DNA from: Pocillopora damicornis
Taxonomy: Eukaryota
Length of the DNA: 64,000 nucleotides
NCBI RefSeq assembly: GCF_003704095.1
Contig: NW_020845652.1
Coordinates: 1 to 64,000 of the forward strand
Direction: 5' to 3'
Positions 50,301 through 64,000 of this stretch are shown piece after piece. The notes below the pieces were generated by a model that worked only from the letters and a program-made list of their open reading frames with translations, was not told where the DNA came from and did not search any database. The position numbers and the translations under genes are program-made. Position 1 is the stretch's first letter; the number at the start of each line of letters is the position of its first letter.

Positions 50301-52202
50301 TGACAGGAAGAGAAGAGAAATAGAGCTTCAAAAAAATTTGATCACTGAGCGATCAACTCACCTAAAACGCTTTTGTACAATCTCTGATTGGCTCAGGCTT
50401 GACCTTAAATAGGAACAAAACATTTCCCAAATAAACATTTGACTTCAATTTTCTTTTTAATTTTATAGCAACTGTGATCTTTTACTCATATGTAGCACTA
50501 ATCAGGAGCTCTTAATGGAATTTTTAGATCTGAACAGAAGCTCTCTTTGCTATGCTTAACCCTTTAACTCTCATGAGTAATCAAGAGAGAATTTCTCCTT
50601 ACAGTGTCAATACAATATAAAGCAGACAAGTGATGAGAACAAAGAAGAATAGTAACTAGGAGAATTTTAGTTGATCCAATACCAAATTCTCCAAACTAAC
50701 ATAATAAGAATTATACGGCACATAGTAAGGAGAATAATTGATGAGATCTTGGGAGTGAAAGGGGTTAAACCTCCTCTATACATATGAAATACTGCACATA
50801 ATCATGTTGCTCTCACAACAATTTGCATTTGACCTTTCTGCCAATGCATGCCTTTGTAATTCTATGATTCAAAACTAATCTTCTTAATGTAAACAGTCAT
50901 CTAACAGTTGAACAACTAAAACCAGGTGAGATCCCAGTTGTGTGAAGGGTGAATAGCGTTATCTACTAGATAAATCTTTAGCCAGTGGGTAGTGTGGTAT
51001 GGTTTTTTTTTTTAACTATAAGCAATTTATCCATTAGATAGCATTATATGCTCTTTGAATAATGGGGTCTAGAATGATACAAATATCCTTAGGCAATAAT
51101 AAGCATGTCATTATATTTTATTCCCAGAAACATTTTCATATATAGCAAACAAAGTTTAAAGAGAAGTTGAGTTACTTGTATTAAAACATCAAAGATATTC
51201 TACATGTCTTAAAATAAAACGTTCTTATCCACTCTGAACTGTATTTATTTTTACTGAAGGGTTATTCTTTTCACCTGGTTTGAGTTTTGTAAAAAAGGGT
51301 TCCACGTCTGATTATCTATTTCTAAAAGTAATTTGACTTTGGGTATAAGTTAAGACTGAGTCAAATTCAAACTGGGCCTTAGAGTAAAAATTACTAAGAA
51401 AGTAACTGACCCTTGATGATTTTATTAGATACAAATTTAAAAAAATCTCTAACTTACTGATTTTTTCCAAGGGCTCTATGATCACTCAGCCAGCCGAAAA
51501 GTGGATCATTCAGAGAATTCCATACTAGAAATATTGCCTACATGAACAGACCAAAGAAGATTAACTCATTTCAGATGAAAACAGTTTATATGTCTTGCAA
51601 GCAGTGCTATGAAGTGCATGAAGGACAGTAAAATTAGTCGGGATTGCTGGAAGAAATTCCCCTCCAGCACTTTTGTAGTCTTGGCTCTCAATTTTTCTCT
51701 GACCAAGGCAAATTTGCAAAGTCGAAGTCTTAATACATGTATATAGCAACAATATTCACATAATAAAACTCTGAATCGCTAATTTTAACGCTTACATTTT
51801 AACCTTGAAAATCTATCGATTTCTCTTATTCATTTATAAAACAGTACTCATCACCTTTAAGTTATAAAGGGTCTGCCTGATTCTACATTTGAGTAAATCT
51901 CAATATTACGAATCCCAGAGTACGTGATTGGGTACGAGATTTTATTGGTTATTTATATCTGATTTTTAAAAACAAAAGAAAACCTATGCTATTTAAATAA
52001 CAAAATATCAACTGACTCCAAATTAACATAATAGCATAAAATAGAATATTCTTACCTCTCCGAGCCAAAAAGAATTACGATCAATTTTGTAAACGGAAAC
52101 AAATATGTCTACGTAATACAGAAGGAACACATTGTGGAGAATCGCTATGAAAAGCGACATGGAACCATACGCTAAACGAACTGCAAGTGTCCTGTGGTAC
52201 AT
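47361..52202 (-). CDS. MFSD13A: MFSD13A/TMEM180, MFS-type membrane protein; exons 52202-52056, 51537-51458, 50403-50362, 49768-(gap)-49292, 48733-48465, 47793-47361
   Basis: [86 protein letters not shown]. Interrupted by gap 49390-49489. Confidence 0.93.
49390..49489. other. Assembly gap (100 N) within MFSD13A
   Basis: Run of N. Confidence 1.
50556..50768. mobile_element. piggyBac-type MITE, family 2 (opposite orientation to 5786)
   Basis: TTAACCCTTTAACTC...GAGTGAAAGGGGTTAA. Confidence 0.8.
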
Positions 52203-53609
52203 TCTGTTCGCTGGATAATCAAAATAAATAACTTTCTCCCGTTCTAAGGCGTTAAAATTATAAACTACCGGTCTCCGTAATCATCCTATAAAACATTAAA
52301 GAGTTCTGAGTTACTGGAAGTCACTACGTAAATATTGCCAGGTTGCTAAGCCAAAAGACGAAATGGTGCCAAGAGGAACGAAATTTTGAGGGGGAGGGGA
52401 GAGGAGGTGTAGAGGTCTATATTTTAACTTTCTCAATTCTTTTTGAAAGAAATAAGCTTTTAACTCATACTTAATGACTGTGGATTAATTTAAGACTTGA
52501 CTCATCAAAGAAATGGCTAAAAAAATTATAATTTGTCTAGTCACACACCATCCTTCAAATTGCCCCATTCAGATGCCCTTTGAGCTTAAAAAAAGAATTG
52601 TAAAATAATTCATCTTTTTCTGTGGTGCAGAAATCTTTTGGGCAAAATTCTCAAGAGGTAATAAAAAACAAAGAAGGAACAAGGATGACTGAGGTGGCAA
52701 CATGGCCACTGCATTGCAATTAACAAATAACTGGCATTGTTATATGTCAAGTTAGTCCTGAGGTAGATCTGAGGGTTCTGATTGGTTCATACTTGGTCCA
52801 TAATTTGCCATATGGACTGTTTCCACCTGAATGGTCAGGTGTGTATACCGTGTATTTTTGGTTGCAAAAGCCCGAAAATTAAAAATAAAAAAAATGGTCC
52901 CAGTGCCATATAATGAACCACTAACCTCACTTGCTCAAGCTATACTGAGGAATATTAGCCTTCAATCGTTTTTGTACAGACCTTGCTGTGTTCACCTCTT
53001 ACTACCATGACAACAGGCCAGTTCCCCTGAATAGCCCTCATGCTTGGTTAATAAGAAGGGTGTTATCTTTTTAACACAACACAATAAAACTCTAATGTAG
53101 ATCAAAATAAAATATTTATTTAGAGGCCATCAGTTATTAGTGAATCTAATACTGGTTCTGACTTTTTTTTTGAGAAACAGATTTATAAAATAGCCTGTTT
53201 TGAGGTTCTTATCTGAAATTTAGCAAAACATTCTTATAATTGGTACACCATTTTAATAAGAACTATGAAGGTGGTTCTCAATGTCAGCAGTTGTGTCACA
53301 GAGATCATATTGCTTATAAAGAGGAGAAAAAAAATGGGGTTGTCAATGGTATTTTGAGTGGTTAGATAGGGCTGAGAGGATTTTAATTTCAGATTCTACT
53401 TGATGGAGAAGGGACAAAATCAGTTATGGTTCAGAGAGTAAATGGGCTTCTTATAATTTTTGTCTACTTAACATTGTACAGGAAACCAATACCCATCCAT
53501 TCTCAACCCACACATTTCCAAATAACAAATGTCTGCCTCAACTCAATGGGAAAGGAGAGAAGAGGAAGTTGGAGTTGTGCACCAGTAGAGACGGGGTTCG
53601 CAAGACACC

Positions 53610-53821
53610 TTAACCCTTCAACTCCCACAAGTGATTAACATGTAACTTCTCCCTATAATATCCATACATTATTCAGCGAACAGGCGATGACAATACTCAA
53701 ACTCATCAGGTACAAGACATTACCTTGATTAAACACCAAATTCTCATAACCAATTTACAATGAAAAGTGTAGCAGCCAGAGGGGAGAATCAACAATCAGA
53801 TCTTGGGAGTTAAAGGGTTAA
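53610..53821. mobile_element. piggyBac-type MITE, family 2 variant (opposite orientation to 6652)
   Basis: TTAACCCTTCAACTCCCA...TGGGAGTTAAAGGGTTAA. Confidence 0.85.
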
Positions 53822-54070
53822 GGCTGGGGAAAGCCGGGATGTGCGAGAAGTCCCCACAGAAATTGTAATTTTCCAGATATTTTCTTTTCCCCTCTATAAA
53901 AACGAACCCACTCCTGTGATAATCTTCAGACAAGGCAATAAGAATCCCCCATTTAAAGGCTCCCCAATAAAATTTGACATTATTGGTAACATTTAAAATT
54001 TAGGAGGCTTACTAATCACTTCCTGATTCATTTGAACAAAATCACCATATACAATATTTTAGACTAATTG

Positions 54071-57000
54071 TTACATGTATGAAGTGACTTGTTCTTCATC
54101 AGAACTTGCCTCATAAGTAACCAGTGATGGTTTCCTGTCCCACATGAACTCACTATGCTGATTTTGTGCATGGAGGAATTTTGATTTAGTGTTTGTATTC
54201 GAACTTCTAGCATTCCCATAAGCATCTGTTGAGTCAGGAAAATGGACTGCACTAACATTTTGTGCCTTGGTTACAGAGCCTTCTTTAACTTTCTCTGCAT
54301 TGTTCTTCTCCTTTTTGGAGCTGGGTGCTCTTCCTCTACCTCCTATATCAGTAGCAGCAGCATACTTATAATTTGAACTGGCACCTGAGGTTTCTCTTGC
54401 ATTTGTCTCCTTCAACCTGTCATTTTTGTCACTATGCTCTCTGATTCTCTTCAGCATTCCTGTGATAGAATTCTCACTGATGTTGGATGATGCAGAACCA
54501 TTGTTATCTGTTAACTGAGCTCTTTTTGAACACATTGAATCCTTGCTTTCTTGTTTATAAGACTCTTGCTCACTGTTTTTTCTTTTTCTAGATCTACTTT
54601 CCATTGATTCTTCATCATCTTTACATTGTTTCACCTTCTCTCCATCAATGCTGGGACTTACAGATGACTTTAAAGGATGAGGACTTTTTCTTCTTTCTCT
54701 TTCTTCAGCTTTCAGTCTTGTTTGCCTTGGGCTGGGTTTTTTGCTTACATCTATTAAATCAGAATCAGTCCAATGATGAATTTGACGTGAATATTTGTTG
54801 TTTTTTGACCTGTCGGCACGAACATGACTTTCTCTCACATTCTGACTTAACCTCTGTTGTCTTTTAGAATGTTTGTGTTTCTTTTTATCTATTTTAGTTT
54901 TGTTTTCAACTGCAGTACTTTCCACCCATTCATCACTGCCACTTGACTGTGTTGAAGATTCACTTTCACTACTGGAAGATTCGCTTGAGCTCTGAGATGA
55001 TGAGCTTGATGATCGCTTTGAATGATGTCCAACTCTCACTCTTGCTTTCTTTTTCTTTTTCTTCTTCTGATGTTCAACTGTTTTCTTCTTTCTNNNNNNN
55101 NNNNNNNNNNNNNNNNNNNNNNNNNNNNNNNNNNNNNNNNNNNNNNNNNNNNNNNNNNNNNNNNNNNNNNNNNNNNNNNNNNNNNNNNNNNNNGTTGAAG
55201 TACAGTGTTGCAGCAGATCAATAATTGACAACACAAGGGTCACAAATCAGCAATTTCATTTATCCAGCAATCAAGGGGTGAACCACAGCAGCCATACATG
55301 AAAGGAAAAAATAAAACTGCATTAGCAAGAATTTAAACTGAAATCATGAAAAAATGTTTGAAAATATGTGTTGCTCATTTAACAGGTAACCCCATGCTCT
55401 AATTTGTGGCCTTTCTCTGGCTCTTGTTCAGTGAAGTCAAGCAAAAAGACAGGTGTATGACATTAATTTGTGGTTGTCAGGGAAATCATGTGAAAAAAAG
55501 ACCCTCCCCAAGCTCTCCTTGCATAACTACTGCCAATTTGAGGTCACTTTCATTTTTGCTAGTCCCAGCTGACTAAGGCTTGATAAATTTGGAGAAATAC
55601 AAGTATAATAAGAGCCTCTGAGCCCAAATTGAAGTTATAGGTTTTTTCCCCCTCCTGGTAAAAAGGTTTGATTAAGATTGAATGCAGAATTGTCATCTGG
55701 GGAAAATGATAATATCTGACTTACATGCAAATAGTTACTTGAGGCACTTCTTACCCAAAACAAGTGACTCACCTGCTCCATCAGTTTAAGTTGTTGCTCT
55801 AAATTTTCCAGATGCTCTTTTGCAGTTTTCTGGTTAAAATCTAGTCCCAGTGCTTCTTTGAAAGTCTGCATGGCTTCTTTCAAAAGACCTTCTTTTTCTT
55901 GTCTGAATATACATCAACAGTTCAAAAGAAAAAGAGCAGAATAAAATATGGAATATTAGACACATAATGTTCTAATTATTATGTAGGTATAACAGCATAA
56001 ACCAAACAATTTTGAAAAATATTTTAAGAGCATACACATAGAATGCAGAGATCACTGTGACATAGAAGTAGCTACAGAAAAAAGTGAACTATTTCAACTT
56101 CTGACATAAAATTAAAAGATCTTGTTATAAAAATGTTTTCCTCTTAGAGAAAAGTTAAATTTAATATTCAGTGATGTCAGTAACTTAAAAATTAAGATGC
56201 TTTGTAAAAAGTAAAACTGCTATGTTGATTAACCCAGTCAACAGGAAAACCTTGTCACATTCACAAGTGAAGATAAGAATGGTACCTTCACTGCACATGG
56301 TGAAGGTATCATGGGTTTGAAACTAAAGATATTCTGTATTTCATCAATCTCCAATCATGATAAAAAGAAAATAAAAATAAAATTAAATAAAAACTAGACC
56401 ACTAGTACTAACTGTATTCCAAGTTCCACAAGAGTTGCTGTGAGATATTTGTTGGCATTCCTGTGGCTTGGACAAATTTTTAGTGCATCCTTAAAATTCT
56501 TAACAGCAGTGGTAAGCTGGTCTTGGTTGGCAAACCTGAAAAAACAATGAATTGACTTAAAAATACCTAAACAAACAGTTAATGCAACTCATCGTGTAAA
56601 GGCAAAATTTGTTCAAGCAAAAGTAACTCACAGTAATCTCTAACAACTTTTACTTGGCCTGAATCAACCTTGACTGCCTCTAACCAACTATTGTCACTTA
56701 CATCAACTGACTAAATCGGGGTAATGTCACAAATGACAAATAATTGGGATAAGAACAGGATAACATGTGTGACTGATGCAAAGTTTTGACCTTTGCAAAC
56801 CTAAGCTAAACAGGTGTAACATGCAAGATAACATGCAATGTACTGTTGCAAAAACAAAAAGGAAATACAGCCCAAAACAAATTGAGGAGTGACCCATGGA
56901 AACTGAAAAAGGAACCAACATTAAAAATAAACTTCTAAAAGGTGAGAAACTGAAATAGAGGAACTGTAATTGACTCACAGAGCTCCTTGTGCCACCATTG

Positions 57001-60000
57001 CCTCAACATTTTTACCATCAATTTGCAGTGCATGCTTGAAGTATTTCAAGGCAGTGTCATAATTTCCTGTCTTAAAATGTTCCACTCCCTTGGCAGTGCT
57101 AAAAAACAAATAATTTTAAGACCCTTAACTTGACATCATAGTTTCTTAGAAAAAAATGTGTAGTGACCTTTGAGTTTAAGAGAAAAGTAAAGCACCAATA
57201 AAAAGACCTTATTCACCATCAGAGAATAATGAAAAAATTGCTCAGTAGAACACAGAAAAATTGAAAAATCGATTGATACTTTCACCTTTAATGGACTGAA
57301 TCGCTTTGCCATTTTAAGAATGAAACACACAATGGCTGGAATTTTTCCAAAACGTTACAGTCACTTAATGCTCCATGTAATAGCTACATAATAAATTTCT
57401 TACGTATCCATTGACCACTTGGCAGATTGTTGTCTTCTTAGCTGTTCTGCATATTCCTCTTCAGGACAGTTACTCCTATAGGAACAATTCCAAGTTAACA
57501 ATGCATTGGTAACTGTGTTTCTGCAAAATATTCTAAAGAACATGTACTGTTATTTACATATCTGAGTTTTAGAGACAAATAACTCTGAAAAAACAGCTAT
57601 GATGTCTAGCACACCTTTGGAATCCTCTCAACAGGGAGCAAGGGGCAGATGTATCAATGCCAAGTACATCAATAAGTGTATCGATATTCCTTGGGTTGTT
57701 AAAGCCTTTGCTCATTTTCAGATGTTCTTCAAACCCCAGTCCCTCTGGGTCACTCAGTAACCTGCAAACACACAAAGCACCTTCTATTTATTTATCATCA
57801 CATTTTCACTGCAGCATTGTTTCCTTCTTCAATCAGTACGCTCCATGTATTGTACTTAAGGGTTTTCATTGCTTTGTAAACAGTGCTGATTGCCTGTAAT
57901 CTATAGCAATGAAATACAATGGAGCCCCTTAAACATGTCCTAATGCTGAAGTGCATCAGCAATGACTTTATGTATTTATTTGTTTGTTGAATTGATCTCA
58001 AATATAACTTATCGGCAATTAGAACAGCATCACTACAAAAAAGCATAACTTTTGTAACACAAAATTGACCACAAAAACTTATTACAATATAATACTTTTC
58101 AAGAATAATTGTATGAATTATATGTCTTAGGGAATAGGGTGATAGAAAAACCAATTGAAAACAACTTATAAAATAAATAACCGTACCTCTTAACACTTTT
58201 ATCTTGATCATCAATAACACCCTAGAAGGAAGTAAACCAAACCTTTAGAGTGAACAGCACCTAATTTCTCCTTACAGTAATACTGCTAAACTATGAAACA
58301 TCAAGATCATGAGACTAAAGGAAATGATTTTTTTTTTAGTGTTACACAAACTCTCCTTGTCAGGAGCAAAGGAAATACATAGAGAAAAATATAGAGAATT
58401 ATGGATTCTGTGTAAAAACTGTTTGTAATTTAATATCCCTTTACAAAAAGTAATTCAGACAATTAAGAATATGAGGTATTTATTTTAATTTTGAGTAATT
58501 AATGTTACTCTCATCCAGTTTATTACTGATTTCTCCACAACAATTTGTTTATTGTAAAAAGTTGAGCTAAGCCTTGAGTTCTACTAAAAACACAATTTTT
58601 GAGTCCAATTTCATTGGCCATTTCTACTGTAAAATTGTGTAACAGAAACCTAAGGAGTTCAATGAGTAAAAGCCACATTAAATTCCCCTGTGTCTAAAAA
58701 AATTGTCTCAGGTGACTTCAGTTTTTCAGTAGAAGAAAGACAAGTTTTACTCATACCATTATCGGAAACAAATGAGCAAATTTACTTACAGTGACTTTCC
58801 TTACCATTTAAAACAGAACAGAGGTAAATCTTTGTACATTAGTTGTTGTTGGATTTGAATAATACTTTCTGTAAGATCACAGACTGTTTTTGAAGAAAAG
58901 ATTGTTGTCATAGTCATTTAATTTGAGTTTGTTGGCCAAACCAGTACTGTTGTTCATTCAGAAGTGTGCACACAATATTTTTCTCCTTCAATAAAAAACT
59001 CTTTGAAAGTTTGTTTTGTATCATTATTCAAATAAAAATGTTTCAGTGTAAACTCTTTCTCTAATTTACATTGCCTGTTTTATATGTGATCTATTTCTTA
59101 AAAATTGTTCTAATTATGGAGGATCTTGCCATAATTACAGCCCTCCTTGTTCAGGTTCTTTTTGCAAGCATTATATATTATATCAGGTTTTGCAATAAAA
59201 ATCAAAATGCTGTTCACCAGCCTTGGTCAGTCCATAATGCATAGAACTGTGCCCTCTGTCTTAAGAACCACAGAGGCCGGTATTGAGGCCTTTGGCACAG
59301 TTTTTCCGAATACCAACCTCCTGGCTGGTGAATAACATTATATTAATTATTTATACTATCAAAAATGATCACATTGCCCTGGTTTGTGGTCTAGCCATGT
59401 TACTGGGTTGTGTTTTTGCAAAAGCTACCTGACTCCTATGGTGCCTCGTCATCCATAGTCTCCTTTGTAGCTATTCTTTGTCATGTCACGCAACACTCCC
59501 CCTGTGAAAGTGATGCATGACATCCTAAAGAATGGCTGCGAAGGAGAATACTTCATCCATGGATCAATTGTTCAAAGGGTGGATAATAATATCCCAAGAA
59601 TAAATCACTTGAAAATTTACTGCCCTATCCAATGGGTAGATATTTATTTAGTGAATGGCATTGTCCAACCATATAACAACCAGGGTCAGAAGTATTAATT
59701 GGTACTTAGAAAAGATTGGAGAAACTTGAGAAATTGGTGAATCAAGTCAGCTGCTATGGACTGAAATCCCATCCCATCTATGAGGAGTAGGAACACTTTT
59801 GGCAAATTTGTTCTTCTGAAACTGGGATATACTGCGGCAGTAGGAGCTCATAAAAAATTTGACCAACAAAACCATTGTTGATAAGAAGATCTAACAAGTA
59901 TGCCAATAAATTACCAGATGTAAGTGTTTATGTTCTTCAGGTAATCTTGATTGTTTGAATGAAATGAAGACTCTCCCCTCTTGCTGATTCACAATTGTAA

Positions 60001-63000
60001 TTACTCCTGAAAAACAAAAGAGCCCCAATTCATTCTGTGGTTATTCAACACTTTTGCTTGTTCCCTCTTAATAAAATGATAGAAGAATGATAGTACAGTT
60101 GTGTATATCTCCCACAAGCGACACTTAAAAATGTAAGTAAAGCTAATTCTTTTGTTTCTTCCATAATATCAAGTTTTCTAATCAAGGCCCTGCATTGAGT
60201 TTGAAGCTTGAAAATAGTCATCAAAGCTGGTGGTTTAAAACTTTTAAACATTTACAGGCAGATGCAAACTTTGTTTATAAAAATGTAGCCTATAGATTCA
60301 GCTTAAGTAACATGTATAAAATGACTGCCAACTAAAATACTTGTGAGTTGTACCTGAGAAAAGAAAAATTTCACTCTCAGACTACAGGAGAATTCTTAAC
60401 ATTAAGAGCCCTATTTTTAACTGAAGGTTCATAAGATTATGGTTGTAAAGGTCTCAAACTAAGAAGGAAGATGTACCCCCACAAATATATGGCATACCTC
60501 TGACAATATCACCAACAAGATAAGCATCAGTAGGATCTTTGTATTCCCTGGACATTTCTGAATCATTAAACTCAGATACCTTACACTGGACCTGTGGGTG
60601 TGAAAATGTACAGAAAAACTTGCTTAACAGAAAAAAAAGCAGCAGTGACAAACAATTGTTAAAATTTCTTAGCAAGGGGTGTAAATCATTTTGAACGTAA
60701 GAAAGCTTGAAATTACAAGCAGCAATCTTAATTTATCAAAGATCAAACCTCTCTTAAGAGGTTGCCCACAAAGAATGATAGGGTGACTGCTTAATACAGG
60801 TTGACTGCTGAATACAGGTTCAACAGAAGAGGAGTAATATAAAACCTATATATATAATATATAAACCTGTATATCCAGATCAGTGAAATCCCTTTTGCAA
60901 CCAAACTCCAGCATAGTCAGTGTCACTGTGATACCAAATGGTCTTTTGAAAGCTACCTTACCAATGACAATGTCTCCTTCATTTAAACACTGCAATAGAA
61001 AACAAAGAAACACTACAGTTGTGTGAACGTGAATGAATTATTATTTTTCTTTTGAAAAAAAAAATTTTCATTTCACTAGTCTGGTATCCTTCCTATAGAG
61101 GATCCTTTGATGTAAATAACTCTAACAGCCTTTTGTAAAGGAAGACTGATCAGAAAATGAAATAATTTATAGTAAAGCCTTACATTCAACAGCCTTTTCC
61201 TTCGGACATGTAAAGGAACCTCCATTAGTGTTTCAAGAGGAGGTGCATCAGCATAGAGATCTAACACTGAAAATGAAAAAAAAAAAATTAAATTCATGTA
61301 CACAAGAGAACACCGCCTATACAAAAAAATTACATAATACTTGGAATACAAAAAAAGTCTTTGATAAATAGGGTAAGGTTATCTTTCAAGATACTGAAAC
61401 ACAAATATTGGATCATTAAGAAAAAAATGAGACAATTCAACATACAAAAAGAAGAAAGAAAAACATGAAACAAACAAAGTTGTTCAAAAGCATATTCTTG
61501 TTTAGAACAAAAGACTCTTCAGTTTTAAGTGTTTTGCTAACATTACCTTCTTGGTTTGAATGCATGCCATAGTCAATTCCTTTCCTTAATTTACCCTTTC
61601 CTTCCATGGAGAACAACAAATCAGCCTTGGAGGCAATGAGTTGTTTTACTCTGAGGTGGAAATCTTCATCTTCACATCTAAATGTATTTAATAAGTTAAA
61701 AGGTAATTATTTTTTTTTAACAAAACAAAATAATTATTGGTCAATATCAAACTGATTTAATGAACACCTAGAGTTTATGATAAGTAATATCCATTAAAAT
61801 CATTTTATTGGAAAATATGCTAAAAAAATTCTAAAATTTTGAGAGAAGCAGTAGCACAAGGGAAGGAGGCCAGCAAGATTTCTGCACAGCCCCATACTTC
61901 ATTATGCATCCATATATAGGGCTTTATTATCCAGTATATCACCATTAAGATGTGCATGCATAATGAAGTATGAGGCTGTGTGGAAATTTTTCCAGGAGGC
62001 CTTATGCTGCAAAGTAAAAAGTCAATTTTCCTTCCCTTTAAAATAAGGGAAATCCTTTTGTTAAAAAGTACATTTTCAGAGCTCGAAGTACATGTGATTA
62101 CAACATGTATACCTTATCAGTAAAACACATACACTAATTTAATACTATATTACCGTTTCACGTCTTGCTGACAATCTGATAAGTGGTACATCCCCATTTT
62201 CATCCCAGATTTCTGATCTATTTCACTCATTGCTTCCAGAAATTTACTTTTAGCATCCATGGGGGTGTTTACCTAAAAGCAATAAATTTATAAACTACTG
62301 AAAGTGTTTATTGAAAAACTGAATGATTAAATTAACACTGGCTTACTAAAAGGATAAAGACAAGTCATTTGCAAGAAGTGATCAAAACATTGTTCAAATC
62401 TCTCACCCTCAAGACAAAATAGGTTTGGCAATAAAAAACTAAATAACATTCTAAAAATTTTAGTGAGAATTCATTATGCCCAAAGCATACACTAAATAAA
62501 AACTTGATGTTCTATCTGTCAGTACTGAGTCTTGTTTCTTCAATTAGAACATGCTATTTATAGTTAACTTCTATACTCTTTTTTTCTTGTCTCTCAATGC
62601 ATGATACCCAAATAAAAATGGTGTCAGTATGTAAGTTCTTCATACTGTTCTCTACACATTACCTATGGTGACTATAGAGAGAATTTGTTTAACAATCAAG
62701 AGCTTCTTGAGTTTGTGATCATTTCCTTCAATCTCATGACTTTAATGTTTGACTCAGGAATGATAGTATTGGGAGAAATTACATGCTTATCACTCTTAGC
62801 AGTTGAGGGGTTGAATGGAGAAACTTCTTAAGGTACATAACCTTTCACACAACCCTCTTAAAAACCCTGATACTCACATGAAGTCTGTTCTTGAAGTAAT
62901 TCAAGGCAGAACTGTTCTCTGTGGCAGGATGAAGGAAGTCTGTGGCTGAACCTTGCCCATCTCCTTGTTCATCTCTTGTCAATGTGATCAGTGATGGACC

Positions 63001-63726
63001 ATGGTGGACTACTGATTGCACAAACCGGTCAATAAATGCCTTTTTGCTGTCATCTGCAATTGGAAGATATATGTGTTTACATACAGGAATTAAGTCAAAA
63101 ATAGACTTATGTTGAATTAAGAAGTCAACAGTCTCAAAAAACATACAAAACAAGCAATCATTTATTATGGTGTCCTTATTAACATTTGTTGTCATACATC
63201 AATAACTTCCTAGCCTTAACAAACAGTGCTGCACTTATTTGTTGTCTCTGAACTATCCATATTACTTTGGAAGGACTCTCTATCATTATTCAGACCTTGT
63301 TAGTGATAATTACATAAATGTGATTTAATTCTTTCATTCACATTGTCGATACAAATAAATCAAGGTTCGTTTCCAATCCGACACTCTTGCATGTACCACC
63401 TCCCCTTTCCTACCCACTTAGGATTCACAGTTCCTTGCGACTGTACACTTGTAAATGACATTTACTATCTAATTCAAGCAGCCTTATTTGTTAATCTTTC
63501 AGTTTCAGTAAGTTTCGTGGCTACATAGTTTTGAGATCGTCCTTTATTGAGTAAAAGACACATGCAACATGTGGCTCTAAGCTCTTAAGTATATCCTACT
63601 AAATTTAAGAATTTTAGAACCCCTTTCAGAAAATCTAGCTGTAAACATGCTAGTCGAAACGTCGCGTTTAAGATCAGAGGTCAAATGAAAAGAAACCAAT
63701 CAAATTAAAGTATATCACTTACCCAT
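54071..63726 (-). CDS. TTC14: TTC14 (S1-like domain, TPR repeats, Ser/Lys/Arg-rich tail), multi-exon
   Basis: ATG G|gt at 63726-63723 joins the exon at 63053 (MDDSKKAFIDRFVQSVVHHGPSLI). Then IASKADLLFS (about 61620), PPLETLMEVP (about 61230), EGDIVIGK (about 60970), DP..AYLVGDIVR (about 60510), GFNNP..LGID..SLLRG (about 57650), QQSAKWS (about 57420), TPR exons at 57098-56979, 56535-56413 and 55903-55774 (approximate), and a low-complexity last exon to 54071. Confidence 0.9.
55094..55193. other. Assembly gap (100 N) within TTC14
   Basis: Run of N. Confidence 1.
61878..61987. repeat. Foldback inverted repeat (about 31-bp arms) in a TTC14 intron
   Basis: ATTTCTGCACAGCCCCATACTTCATTATGCAT pairs with ATGCATAATGAAGTATGAGGCTGTGTGGAAAT. 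Confidence 0.75.
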
Positions 63727-64000
63727 AACGATTAAGATATTTCTTGTTCTTAACGACTCATCTGCTTTGTTATAATCTTCCTTGACGTATTTTTGTCATT
63801 CGTTATTGTTATCGCCATTTGCTTGCGTTGCTTGCTGCTCTTCAACTGCGGGTCAGCAACGCTCCTAGGTACTACAGCTAGGCCTGTCGTGTATTCATCA
63901 TGGAATATCCCCCACTTCATCAATCTTGTAGTACAAGCTGCATTGCAAATTTTTCGCCAATGCCTTTACCGTATACACCCCTAGCCCTTACCCGGAATTA

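Noticed and set aside
979-63984. Most 60-140 aa ORFs in the supplied track
   Set aside because: Intronic, antisense or MITE-derived frames, many with non-ATG starts and no coding signature.

Overview
Intron-rich, AT-rich animal genomic DNA, most likely a stony coral (inferred from gene content and repeat types; not provable here), with three 100-N assembly gaps. Genes reconstructed by hand from splice sites, in order: STING (+, last exon missing, probably in the gap); two tandem FAHD1 paralogues (-), one canonical and one lacking several catalytic residues; a 63-aa transmembrane microprotein ORF overlapping the start of a 6-exon, 155-aa gene whose C-terminal half aligns with the synaptonemal-complex protein SYCE3 (+); PERK/EIF2AK3 (-, about 23 exons); a BTB-BACK-PHR gene (+); FAM136A (-); an intronless GH18 chitinase (-); an intronless RING-B-box-coiled-coil-filamin TRIM (-); MFSD13A (-); TTC14 (-). 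Non-coding DNA carries about 13 piggyBac-type (TTAA) MITEs, Harbinger-type MITEs, hairpin-ended repeats, a tRNA-derived element and Penelope remnants, including an inverted pair of minimal hammerhead ribozyme motifs. Best leads: (1) a candidate cnidarian SYCE3 homologue on an apparently bicistronic transcript; (2) a FAHD1 pseudoenzyme or neofunctionalised duplicate; (3) four identical NF-kB sites across a STING/PERK/chitinase/TRIM neighbourhood; (4) uORFs in the PERK leader. All homology calls come from motif recognition and remembered reference sequences, not from searches.
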